A DNA stretch of 62,011 nucleotides, filler included, from a bacterium (GTDB taxonomy: Bacteria > JALSQH01), in assembly GCA_026985515.1 (NCBI GenBank). It is 3 parts of 3 records of this genome, joined end to end, with 100 filler letters (N's around TTAATTAATTAA, not from the genome) between each part and the next. Parts side by side here need not be neighbours in the genome. Positions count along the whole stretch, not along the records: positions 1 to 27,208 come from JALSQH010000221.1; positions 27,309 to 54,434 come from JALSQH010000222.1; 1 more part is not named here. One strand, 5' to 3'. Shown here in pieces: positions 20,564 through 29,475 of this stretch. Positions within the stretch are counted from its first letter, which is position 1. Each line of letters starts with the position of its first letter. The position numbers and the translations under genes were made by a program. Under the pieces are notes generated by a model. That model searched no databases. It was not told the origin of the DNA and was given only the letters and a program-made list of their open reading frames with translations.

Positions 20564-22639
20564 ATGGAACTGAGCTGGATAAGGAATTATCTCTGGTTGA
20601 TTCCACTTTTCCCTGCCCTGGGGGTTATTATTAATGGTTTCTTTGGCTGGAAGATGAAAAAGACCACTGTTGGCACCATTGCCAGCATGATGGTCTTCTT
20701 TTCCTTTCTGGCGACTTTTGTGGCTTTCCTCTATCTGATTTCTCTGCCTGAAGAGCACAGATTGTTTACAACTACATTGTGGACGTGGATCTTCACGGGC
20801 AATTCACTGCTTGGAACTTTTAAAATACCCCTTGCCTTCCAGTTTGATCCACTCTCAGCTGTCATGGCATTGACTGTTACATTTGTTTCTTTTCTCATCC
20901 ATGTTTACTCCATTGGGTATATGTGGCATGACAGGAGCTTCGTTAGATTTTTTGTATATCTCAATCTATTTGTGTTTTCCATGCTGATCCTGGTCCTGGG
21001 GAACAGTTTGTTGCTTCTCTTTGTGGGATGGGAAGGTGTTGGACTCTGTTCCTACCTGTTAATCAGTTTCTGGTATGAGGATCATAAAAATGTTAATGCT
21101 GGTATAAAGGCTTTTATTGTGAATCGTGTGGGTGACTTTGGCTTCCTTATAGGAATGTTCCTTCTCTTCTGGGAACTTGGTAAACAGGGTGTGTGGACTC
21201 TCACTTTTACTGAAATACAGCAGCATGTTGAACTTCTTAAAGATGTTTCCATTAATCTTCCTCTAATAGGTGCTGTTGCTGCTCCAACCCTCATAGGTAT
21301 TCTCCTCTACTGGGGTGCAACAGGTAAATCGGCTCAGATCCCCCTCTATGTGTGGTTACCCGATGCTATGGCAGGTCCAACACCCGTCAGTGCTCTCATT
21401 CATGCCGCCACAATGGTAACTTCCGGTGTTTACATGATAGGAAGAATGAATTTCCTTTACGGGCTTTCTCCAACTGCCCTGGCGGTGGTGGCCATTGTAT
21501 CTTCATTAACTGCCTTCTTTGCAGCTACCATAGCAATGACTCAATTTGATCTGAAGAAGGTGCTCGCTTATTCAACTGTTTCACAGCTCGGGTATATGTT
21601 TATAGGAATGGGAGTTGCTGCATATACCACTGGAATCTTTCACCTCATGACTCATGCATTCTTCAAGGCGCTTTTGTTCCTCGGATCTGGTAGCGTGATG
21701 CACGCCATGAGTGATATCCTCGATATGAGACTGATGGGTGGTTTGAAAAAAAAGATGCCAATAACCTTCTGGACATTTCTGATTGCCACTCTTGCCATAA
21801 TTGGAACACCTTTCTTCTCAGGATTTTTCAGTAAAGATGGTATTCTTTCTGCTGCTTATTTTGCTCACAATTCTGCTATACCATGGGCGCCAAAGTTTGC
21901 ATGGTTTATGGGATTCATTACTGCTGGTATAACTGCCTTCTACATGTTCAGAGCAGTATTTATGACCTTTTATGGCGAGAACAGGGCACCTGAGGAGATA
22001 AAGGAGCATATCCACGAATCACCCCCTATTATGACCATTCCTCTGATTATTCTTGCAATTTTTTCGGTAATTGCTGGATATGTGGGGGTACCTCATTCAC
22101 TTGGCGGGCACAATTTACTCAACCACTTCCTGATGCCGGTATGGGTATCACTCAAGCATGTGGCTGAGCATGAAGAGTCACTTGCCGTTGAATATACGTT
22201 GATGATTTTAACTTTGACCCTTGTAGGTATAGGGGTATATGTTGCCTATTATGCCTACATAAAACATCCTGAGTTTCCAGAAAAGGTTGTCAACAAATTT
22301 CCGCGGCTCTACAAACTTCTCTACAACAAGTACTATGTTGATGAGATTTACTATGCAACCTTTCTTGCTGGTACGCACAGGTTAACAAAGATTCTTAGAT
22401 GGTTTGATGTCCACATAATTGATGGAATCGTAAATTTTGCTGGCTGGCTTGGAGTCAGACTTGCATTTATCTCAGGCTGGATAGACAAATATATTGTAGA
22501 CGGTATTGTGAATCTTATAGCATGGATTTTCCTCTGGACAGGTCAGGTTTTGAGAAAGATACAGGTTGGAAGTGTACAGGCTTACCTGTATATTGGAATA
22601 GGTATTCTGGTTCTAGTGCTATTAATTAACGTACTTTAA
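20564..22639 (+). CDS. nuoL: NADH-quinone oxidoreductase subunit L
   Basis: GWEGVGLCSYLLI, NRVGD, GKSAQIPLYVWLPDAMAGPTPVSALIHAATMV. Confidence 0.96.
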   Translation: MELSWIRNYLWLIPLFPALGVIINGFFGWKMKKTTVGTIASMMVFFSFLATFVAFLYLISLPEEHRLFTTTLWTWIFTGNSLLGTFKIPLAFQFDPLSAVMALTVTFVSFLIHVYSIGYMWHDRSFVRFFVYLNLFVFSMLILVLGNSLLLLFVGWEGVGLCSYLLISFWYEDHKNVNAGIKAFIVNRVGDFGFLIGMFLLFWELGKQGVWTLTFTEIQQHVELLKDVSINLPLIGAVAAPTLIGILLYWGATGKSAQIPLYVWLPDAMAGPTPVSALIHAATMVTSGVYMIGRMNFLYGLSPTALAVVAIVSSLTAFFAATIAMTQFDLKKVLAYSTVSQLGYMFIGMGVAAYTTGIFHLMTHAFFKALLFLGSGSVMHAMSDILDMRLMGGLKKKMPITFWTFLIATLAIIGTPFFSGFFSKDGILSAAYFAHNSAIPWAPKFAWFMGFITAGITAFYMFRAVFMTFYGENRAPEEIKEHIHESPPIMTIPLIILAIFSVIAGYVGVPHSLGGHNLLNHFLMPVWVSLKHVAEHEESLAVEYTLMILTLTLVGIGVYVAYYAYIKHPEFPEKVVNKFPRLYKLLYNKYYVDEIYYATFLAGTHRLTKILRWFDVHIIDGIVNFAGWLGVRLAFISGWIDKYIVDGIVNLIAWIFLWTGQVLRKIQVGSVQAYLYIGIGILVLVLLINVL

Positions 22640-22660
22640 ACATTAGCAGGTGGAGGAAAA

Positions 22661-24205
22661 ATGGTTAAGGAGACCATGGGAATAATTGAACTGCTCAGCA
22701 AGGTCCACATCCTCAGCGTAATCACTTTCTTGCCCCTTTTAGCAGCGGCAATTATTATCTTCATTCCGGGGAAAAGGCATGAAATAATAAAAACTGTTGC
22801 GGCGGTTTTCTCTGGCCTGAGTTTATTGCTGGGAATTATCGTTTACATATTTTTTGATGGTGGTTCAACATCTCTTCAATTTGTGGAGAAGTTCAGATGG
22901 ATACCAAAGTTTCATATTTATTATTATGTCGGAGTTGATGGACTCAGCATAAGTATGCTTCTTCTCACTGTGGTTATTTCCTTTGTTTCTGTTTTTGCAT
23001 CATGGGGCATTGAAGACAGAGTTAAGGCTTACTTTTCACTGCTCATGCTCCTCGAAACTGCCATGCTGGGCGTTTTTATAGCCCTTGATTTCTTTCTCTT
23101 TTATGTTTTCTGGGAATTGATGCTCCTCCCCATGTACTTCCTTATCGGTATATGGGGTGGCCCAAGGAGGGAGTATGCTGCAATAAAGTTCTTCCTCTAT
23201 ACGCTTGCGGGAAGTGCTTTGATGTTGCTTGCAATGATCGCACTCTACTACGCTGGTGGTAAGACCTTTGATCTTGTTAAGCTTGCCAATGATTTTGATT
23301 TTTCAAAACATGCGCCCATACATCTTTTTGGTATGACATTACCTTTTGCGCAGACCCTGTTTCTTGCACTTTTTATCGGATTTGCCATCAAAATCCCGAT
23401 GTTTCCCTTCCATACATGGTTGCCTGATGCCCATGTTGAAGCACCAACAGCAATAAGCGTTATTCTTGCAGGTGTTTTGCTGAAGATGGGAACATACGGT
23501 ATTTTCAGGATAAATTACACAATCTTTCCCCATGCAACTGAGTATTTTGCCTACGCCATTGCTGTTTTTGGAGTGATAAATATTGTTTATGGTGCCCTTG
23601 TGGCTATGGCGCAGGAGGACTTCAAAAAACTTATTGCTTACTCCTCAATCAGCCACATGGGAATTGTTCTCCTTGGTATGGCTGCCCTCAATCCCATGGG
23701 TATGAATGGTGCTTTACTTGAAATGTTCAACCATGGAACCATTACAGCCATGCTGTTCCTCTCTGTTGGTGTAATATATGACAGAGCTCATCACAGAGAT
23801 CTCTATCGCTTTGGTGGTCTTGCCAAACAGATGCCAGTTTATGCCGCATGGACTGCCTTTGCGTTTTTTGCGGCAATGGGTCTGCCTGGCCTGAGTGGCT
23901 TTATCAGTGAGGCTCTATCTTATCTCGGCGCTTTGAAGGTTTTCCCCGCACTGACAGTCATTGGAGCCACAGGAATAATCTTCACCGCAGGTTATCTGCT
24001 CTGGACAATTCAGAGGGTTTTTCTTGGACCTCTCAACGAGAAATATGCCACCTTGCCAGATATTAACACAAGAGAAATCTTCACAATGGCTCTTCCCGGG
24101 TTCTTTGCTCTTGTGATAGGATGGTATCCTCAGCTGGTACTTGGGAAAGTTTCCACATATATGATTCATCTCATCGATATTGTTACAAAGGGTGCGCACT
24201 GGTAA
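22661..24205 (+). CDS. nuoM: NADH-quinone oxidoreductase subunit M
   Basis: FWELMLLPMY, FHTWLPDAHVEAPT, IAYSSISHMG. Confidence 0.95.
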   Translation: MVKETMGIIELLSKVHILSVITFLPLLAAAIIIFIPGKRHEIIKTVAAVFSGLSLLLGIIVYIFFDGGSTSLQFVEKFRWIPKFHIYYYVGVDGLSISMLLLTVVISFVSVFASWGIEDRVKAYFSLLMLLETAMLGVFIALDFFLFYVFWELMLLPMYFLIGIWGGPRREYAAIKFFLYTLAGSALMLLAMIALYYAGGKTFDLVKLANDFDFSKHAPIHLFGMTLPFAQTLFLALFIGFAIKIPMFPFHTWLPDAHVEAPTAISVILAGVLLKMGTYGIFRINYTIFPHATEYFAYAIAVFGVINIVYGALVAMAQEDFKKLIAYSSISHMGIVLLGMAALNPMGMNGALLEMFNHGTITAMLFLSVGVIYDRAHHRDLYRFGGLAKQMPVYAAWTAFAFFAAMGLPGLSGFISEALSYLGALKVFPALTVIGATGIIFTAGYLLWTIQRVFLGPLNEKYATLPDINTREIFTMALPGFFALVIGWYPQLVLGKVSTYMIHLIDIVTKGAHW

Positions 24206-24226
24206 ATTAAAGGAGAGTGAGGGAAA

Positions 24227-25726
24227 ATGAACCTGTTCAGTCCATACATTGATGTATTGAAAATTGCTCCGCAACTGACTCTGGTGGTTTTTATTCTCTT
24301 TTTTGTAATCGGTGAGCTTGTCTTCCGGAGAAAAATAGTTTTTGGCTGGTTTTCGGTGGCTGGATATATCATCGCCCTCATTTTTCTCCTGATTGGACAC
24401 CTCTATCAGAACAGAGTCCTGTTTTCATACCAGATTGTTGAGGATAAATTTTCCTTTTTCTTTACAATCTTTTTCCTCCTCGCAGGTATTGTGATTTCAT
24501 TTTTCTCCTTTGATTCAGCTGAGATCAAGAGGGATCTGGGTGGTGAATATTTTGCGCTGATTATGGCTGCTATTCTGGGAATGATTTACATGGCAGGTGC
24601 GGTAAATTTTCTTATGCTTTATCTCTCCCTTGAAATGGTGAGTCTCTCTTCCTACCTCCTTTCAGGTTATACCCGCGATGATAAGTACAGCGCCGAGGCT
24701 GCACTAAAATATCTAGTCTTTGGTGCCACAGCATCTGGAATAATGATAATGGGAATTGCTTATCTGTATGGACTGACAGGTACACTTAATTTCTCTGTGA
24801 TTCGTGATCAGCTGGTATCTGGAATTTTTCCGTCATTTACCCTCCTCACAATTCTCTTTTTGATCTTTGCAGGTTTCTTTTTTAAAATGTCTCTTGTACC
24901 TTTTCACATGTGGGCTCCCGATGTCTATGAAGGTGCCCCAACCCCTGTCGCCGCTTTTCTTGCTGTGGCTTCCAAAGGGGCAGGTTTTGCTATTGCTCTG
25001 AGATTTCTGTACACAGTGATGATTCAGGGTTCTCCACTTTCCGGTAAGTTGCTTTCAGATATCTATCATTTTATTCCTGTTAACAATCTGGACTGGCCCC
25101 TTTTCCTGGGAATTATTTCTGTGCTGACAATGACTGTTGGTAACATTACGGCATTGAATCAGACAAGTGTGAAAAGACTCCTTGCATATTCAAGTATTGC
25201 CCATGCCGGTTATATGCTAATGGGTTTTGCAGCTATGAATTATATTGGCTTTTATGCTGTTCTGTTTTACCTGGTGGTGTATTTTCTTATGAACATCGGG
25301 GCATTCCTGTTTGTTCAGGTTGTTTACAATAAAATCGGAACAGATTCAATTGTCAAGTACAGGGGCCTTGGAAGGAGAACACCCTTTGCCGCTGTCATGA
25401 TGGCCATTTTTCTCTTCTCTCTGGCAGGAATTCCGCCCCTTGGTGGTTTTATCGGTAAGTTTTATCTCTTTGCCGCCGTATTGAAATCAAAACTCTACTG
25501 GCTTGCAGTTATTGGAATAGCCAACAGTGTGCTCTCTCTTTACTACTACGCAAGAATAGCAAAGATGATGTTTCTTGAGGACAGCCACGAAAAGGAGAAG
25601 GTTCCTGTCTCAGCAGCTCATATTTTCCTTTTCGTCATTCTTGGCTTTCCTGTGGTGATCCTTGGAGTATACTGGTCTCCAGTTCTTGAATTTGTGAAGA
25701 TTTACTCTCACCTTTTCCTCCCCTGA
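24227..25726 (+). CDS. nuoN: NADH-quinone oxidoreductase subunit N
   Basis: EAALKY, PFHMWAPDVYEGAPTP, KRLLAYSSIAHAGY. Confidence 0.95.
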   Translation: MNLFSPYIDVLKIAPQLTLVVFILFFVIGELVFRRKIVFGWFSVAGYIIALIFLLIGHLYQNRVLFSYQIVEDKFSFFFTIFFLLAGIVISFFSFDSAEIKRDLGGEYFALIMAAILGMIYMAGAVNFLMLYLSLEMVSLSSYLLSGYTRDDKYSAEAALKYLVFGATASGIMIMGIAYLYGLTGTLNFSVIRDQLVSGIFPSFTLLTILFLIFAGFFFKMSLVPFHMWAPDVYEGAPTPVAAFLAVASKGAGFAIALRFLYTVMIQGSPLSGKLLSDIYHFIPVNNLDWPLFLGIISVLTMTVGNITALNQTSVKRLLAYSSIAHAGYMLMGFAAMNYIGFYAVLFYLVVYFLMNIGAFLFVQVVYNKIGTDSIVKYRGLGRRTPFAAVMMAIFLFSLAGIPPLGGFIGKFYLFAAVLKSKLYWLAVIGIANSVLSLYYYARIAKMMFLEDSHEKEKVPVSAAHIFLFVILGFPVVILGVYWSPVLEFVKIYSHLFLP

Positions 25727-25765
25727 TTTTTTCTCATTCTTTTTTCATTTTCTGATCTTTAAGTA

Positions 25766-25794
25766 TTGACAGGTGGCTTTTCCTGTTTTATATT
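25766..25794 (+). promoter_or_regulatory. Sigma70-type promoter of the prx-sor unit
   Basis: TTGACA (25766-25771), 17-nt spacer, TATATT (25789-25794). Confidence 0.7.
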
Positions 25795-25847
25795 ATTTAA
25801 AGAAATTTGAAATCTAAACTAATTAAAATTCAAAAGGAGGTGCAGGT

Positions 25848-26489
25848 ATGGAAGGAAGGATTCCACTCCTTGGTGAGAGATTCCCGGAAATTGAGGTCAA
25901 AACAACACATGGTGTAAAGAAACTTCCCGATGATTTCAAAGGAAAATGGTTTATACTTTTCAGCCATCCAGCAGATTTTACCCCCGTTTGTACAACTGAA
26001 TTTGTTGCATTCCAGAAGAGATACGATCAGTTCAAGGAATTGAATACCGAGCTTATTGGTCTGAGCATCGACCAGGTGTTTTCCCACATCAAGTGGATTG
26101 AGTGGATAAAAGACAAGCTTAATGTGGAAATAAAATTTCCAATAATCGCTGATGACACAGGTGAGGTTTCAAAACAGCTTGGTTTGATTCACCCGGGGAA
26201 GGGAACTAATACAGTGAGGGCAGTTTTCATTGTTGATCCCGAAGGAATAATCAGGGCAATTCTCTATTATCCGCAGGAGCTTGGAAGAAATATGGATGAG
26301 ATTCTGAGAATGATTAAAGGTTTCCAGGTATCAGACAGGGAAGGAGTAGCAATACCTGCTAACTGGCCCGAAAATGAACTCATTAAAGATGAGGTAATTA
26401 TTCCACCCGCCGCTGATATCAAAACAGCTGAGGAGAGACTGAAACAGTATGATTGTTTTGACTGGTGGTTCTGTCACAAAAAGGTATAA
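25848..26489 (+). CDS. Peroxiredoxin (Prx6/TDXH type)
   Basis: [15 protein letters not shown] and C-terminal CFDWWFC; SD AGGAGG. Confidence 0.95.
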   Translation: MEGRIPLLGERFPEIEVKTTHGVKKLPDDFKGKWFILFSHPADFTPVCTTEFVAFQKRYDQFKELNTELIGLSIDQVFSHIKWIEWIKDKLNVEIKFPIIADDTGEVSKQLGLIHPGKGTNTVRAVFIVDPEGIIRAILYYPQELGRNMDEILRMIKGFQVSDREGVAIPANWPENELIKDEVIIPPAADIKTAEERLKQYDCFDWWFCHKKV

Positions 26490-26509
26490 TTAATTGAGGA
26501 GGTAAGAAG

Positions 26510-26899
26510 ATGAGTATTAAAGATTTGCTCCAGAGTGGAGACTGGAAGGGAGAAAAACATGTTCCTGTGATTGAGATAAAGGGAACACCCGAGGCGGGGA
26601 AACCTGTTACAGTTGAGGTATCTGTGGGAAAGGAGATTCCCCATCCAAATACAACAGCACATCATATTTCCTGGATTGAGGTTTACTTTCTGCCAGAGGG
26701 AGAAAAGTTTCCACAACTGATAGGTAAGTATGAATTTTCGGCTCACGGTGCTGGCCTGCAGGGTGCAGATACCGGTGGTGTCTATACTGAGCCGATTGTT
26801 GTTACCACTTTCAAGACTGAAAAGCCAGGCAAAATCCTCGCTCTTTCCTACTGCAATATCCACGGGCTGTGGGAAGGAGAGGCTGAACTGAAGTTCTGA
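26510..26899 (+). CDS. sor: Superoxide reductase (neelaredoxin, 1Fe-SOR)
   Basis: EKHVP, HPNTTAHHISW and YCNIHG iron ligands. Confidence 0.93.
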   Translation: MSIKDLLQSGDWKGEKHVPVIEIKGTPEAGKPVTVEVSVGKEIPHPNTTAHHISWIEVYFLPEGEKFPQLIGKYEFSAHGAGLQGADTGGVYTEPIVVTTFKTEKPGKILALSYCNIHGLWEGEAELKF

Positions 26900-26901
26900 T
26901 T

Positions 26902-26932
26902 GAAAGGAGGGGACCTTTGTCCCCTTTTTCTA
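26902..26932 (+). terminator. Hairpin/rho-independent terminator after sor, overlapping the SD and TTG of the next ORF
   Basis: GGGGAC-CTTT-GTCCCC followed by TTTTT. Confidence 0.55.
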
Positions 26933-27208
26933 TTTTTAAGAGTGGATCTGGATTAAAAAATTTCTTTGTCATTCTATTCTTAAATTATTTTTTTGTCTTT
27001 GGTTACGGTGAAGTTTCCAGATTATGGAGTCCTGCAGGAGGGACCAGCGCGTATTTAAACTTCTTTGAGTTTCCTCTGGTTGTTGCTCTTTACTATCTTC
27101 TTTATATGCCATGTAAAAAATCTTCAGGGGAGAAGATTTATACACTATTCCCCTTGTTTCTGGTCTATTTTTTCTTTGACATGGTGTTTATATATCTTGA
27201 AGGAGTCC
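26917..27208 (+). CDS. N-terminus of a membrane protein, truncated by the contig end
   Basis: TTG start after AGGAGG; hydrophobic ORF open until the N gap. Confidence 0.45.
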
Positions 27209-27308
27209 NNNNNNNNNNNNNNNNNNNNNNNNNNNNNNNNNNNNNNNNNNNNTTAATTAATTAANNNNNNNNNNNNNNNNNNNNNNNNNNNNNNNNNNNN
27301 NNNNNNNN
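27209..27308. other. Artificial contig linker (N44-TTAATTAATTAA-N44)
   Basis: N runs flanking a six-frame stop linker. Confidence 0.97.
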
Positions 27309-27860
27309 AATATCCCGGTGTTTTACTTTTTTCAGGTCCTTACCGTTGATATACTTTATCGGTTCTCTGAATACAGTAAGCTTCCGGGTGAAAGAGATCT
27401 TAAGTCTGGAGATGTTGATGAATGGTGGTGGTATAACTTTTTCAATAATGATATTCATTCTTGCAAGATAACTCAGGTTTTTCAAACTGAAGTTTGTCCT
27501 TTTCATAGTATCTCCATAATCAAGAAAAGAATCACTCCAGTCAGATTCATCAATCAGATCATTCAATTTTACCAGCAGTTGTGGTGCCCTTTCTCCAATG
27601 AAGTTGTAAAGATCAATCTTGTTTTCATAGGCTACTGCTGCTATATCCTTTGATAGATCTCCAAATCCCAGTTCCCTGAAAAGTGGTTCAAAAAGGTTGT
27701 GTTTTACTTTTACAAATCCTCTGGTTCTTGTTGCAAGGTAAAATGGTGAAGTAAATGGGCGTAATGCAAGTATCTCTTCCACCGATAGATCAATCTTTCT
27801 TTTTAAAAAGATCCCTATCCCTTTTTCATAAGCTTCAAGCATGTAAACATCAATCTTCAT
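27309..27860 (-). CDS. Hypothetical partner of the MoxR ATPase, 3' truncated; possibly VWA-type
   Basis: Overlaps the ATPase stop and is open until the gap. No domain recognisable in the visible part. Confidence 0.6.
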
Positions 27861-29181
27861 CTCTTTCCTCCACGCTTCTGTTTAAAATTTTTTCTTCTAT
27901 CATTTCAAAAATTTCTTCAGCATCAATGGAGTGGTCATACTTTTCCACAACTTTTGTGACAATTGTTGTCAGGGAGTTAATCTGAGGTGATAGAGGCAGA
28001 TTCTTTTCCACATTTATTGCCACTGCTGAAAAAGACTCCATGGGCTGGATATCGTTAACGATGTTTCTTATTATGTTGAGTGTTAGCCAGTTTTCTTTCA
28101 GTGAAAAAATCTCCCACTTTTCCCCTAAGAGCAGAAGTTTCTCAATCAGGTTGACTACATCTTTTCTGCTCTGGATTTTAAAGGGATTTAAACTCTTTTC
28201 TCCATCAATATGGAGTGAAACCTCGTTGATATTCTCCACACTGGAGGAGATTGAAAATACATTGTAAACCATCTCCATCACCATATTTTCCTTGTCCAGT
28301 GTGAATTCTTCAGATGTGGCGTGGAATGGGAGTGAATTTAAAATGGTATTTATGGCAATTTCCTCATCCCATCTCCCGGTTATTATTTTCACACCTATAA
28401 GGTTGTGGTATATCATCTTCCATCTTCTTGGACTTATGTTGAATTCGGGGAATTTTCGTTTCCACATTTTTGAAAAGATCAGGATAAACTTTTTTATCTC
28501 AGGAGAATTTTCCAGTGCTTCCATGTATATATTCTTCAGAAGGTTCAGGTTCTGAATGAAATTTTCATCCTTTTCTATTCCATTCTTTCCGAAAACGAGA
28601 GGTGCATCTTCAGATGTCTTCACATCAAGTATTTTGTCAAGATAACTGTCTGTTTCCTTATCAAGGTTAATAATAAAGGCAAATCTGTCTGCGAGAGCCT
28701 CATCAAGGGGCATGGCACCTGCGTAACTTGGTGGATTCATGGCGGAGAAAATATATTTTAACTGCTTAAGCGGAACACCCATCAGTCTTCTTGATCTTAT
28801 AATCTCAAGCCATTTATTCTGTACACCGGGAAGCGCCCTGCTGATCTCATCTATCAGAATGAACTCTTTATCCCAGAGGGTTATCTCTCCCCTTATATAT
28901 TCAAGTTTCCCCTTTTTCATGCTTTCAATGTCAGGGAATCCCACAATATCTTCAAAAAGAGCCTTTGAAGCATCATAGGCGTGAAATTTTATCCCCAGCA
29001 TTTTTGCAATTCTCTCGGCGAGAAGGGTTTTACCCGTGCCATGGGGACCAATGAACAAAACCGGCATACCCGTGATAAGTGAATGGAGAATAAAGGGTTC
29101 AATGTGGTCATATCCGTAGATCTGAAGTTTCTTCAGGAAACCCAGAGGTGAGGTTAATTGTGTAACCTGTCTCATCTTCAA
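27850..29181 (-). CDS. MoxR/RavA-family AAA+ ATPase
   Basis: Walker A GPHGTGKT, Walker B ILIDEISRA, sensor AMNP, LDEALADRF, ISPRRW. Confidence 0.88.
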   Translation of the reverse strand: MKMRQVTQLTSPLGFLKKLQIYGYDHIEPFILHSLITGMPVLFIGPHGTGKTLLAERIAKMLGIKFHAYDASKALFEDIVGFPDIESMKKGKLEYIRGEITLWDKEFILIDEISRALPGVQNKWLEIIRSRRLMGVPLKQLKYIFSAMNPPSYAGAMPLDEALADRFAFIINLDKETDSYLDKILDVKTSEDAPLVFGKNGIEKDENFIQNLNLLKNIYMEALENSPEIKKFILIFSKMWKRKFPEFNISPRRWKMIYHNLIGVKIITGRWDEEIAINTILNSLPFHATSEEFTLDKENMVMEMVYNVFSISSSVENINEVSLHIDGEKSLNPFKIQSRKDVVNLIEKLLLLGEKWEIFSLKENWLTLNIIRNIVNDIQPMESFSAVAINVEKNLPLSPQINSLTTIVTKVVEKYDHSIDAEEIFEMIEEKILNRSVEERDED

Positions 29182-29245
29182 CTCCTTTTTTTCTTTCGTT
29201 TAACAAATTTTGTGATAGAAGTGAGATGTTGAAAATGTATTTTAA

Positions 29246-29258
29246 AATCAATTGGTTG
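29246..29258 (+). promoter_or_regulatory. IHF-consensus site
   Basis: AATCAA-TTGG-TTG matches WATCAANNNNTTR. Confidence 0.45.
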
Positions 29259-29278
29259 GAAATTAGGATGAGGAAGAT

Positions 29279-29314
29279 GTTAAAAAATTTTTAACCGTGT
29301 TAAAAATTTTTAAT
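29279..29314. repeat. Two tandem AT-rich palindromes, candidate operator/enhancer sites
   Basis: GTTAAAAA-A-TTTTTAAC (29279-29295) and TTAAAAATTTTTAA (29300-29313). Confidence 0.55.
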
Positions 29315-29444
29315 GTGGAAAGTATCAATTTTGCTTCCTTATTCGCTCCTGAAAGGGTCAGGAAGCCTTACTATTTGGGAGACTTCCGGGTCAAAAAAAG
29401 TGATTTTAAAATGTGGACTGAGAGAACAGCCAAGTTTTTAAATA

Positions 29445-29472
29445 GAAAAAGACAGGGGTATATCCCCCTGTC
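29445..29472 (-). terminator. Rho-independent terminator of the RCC1 lipoprotein gene
   Basis: GACAGGGG/CCCCTGTC stem just after the stop, with a T-tract on the minus strand. Confidence 0.7.
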
Positions 29473-29475
29473 CTT

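Noticed and set aside
27209-27308. TTAATTAATTAA palindrome in N runs (also 54435-54534)
   Set aside because: Artificial six-frame-stop linker. Not a biological repeat, and genes across it need not be neighbours.
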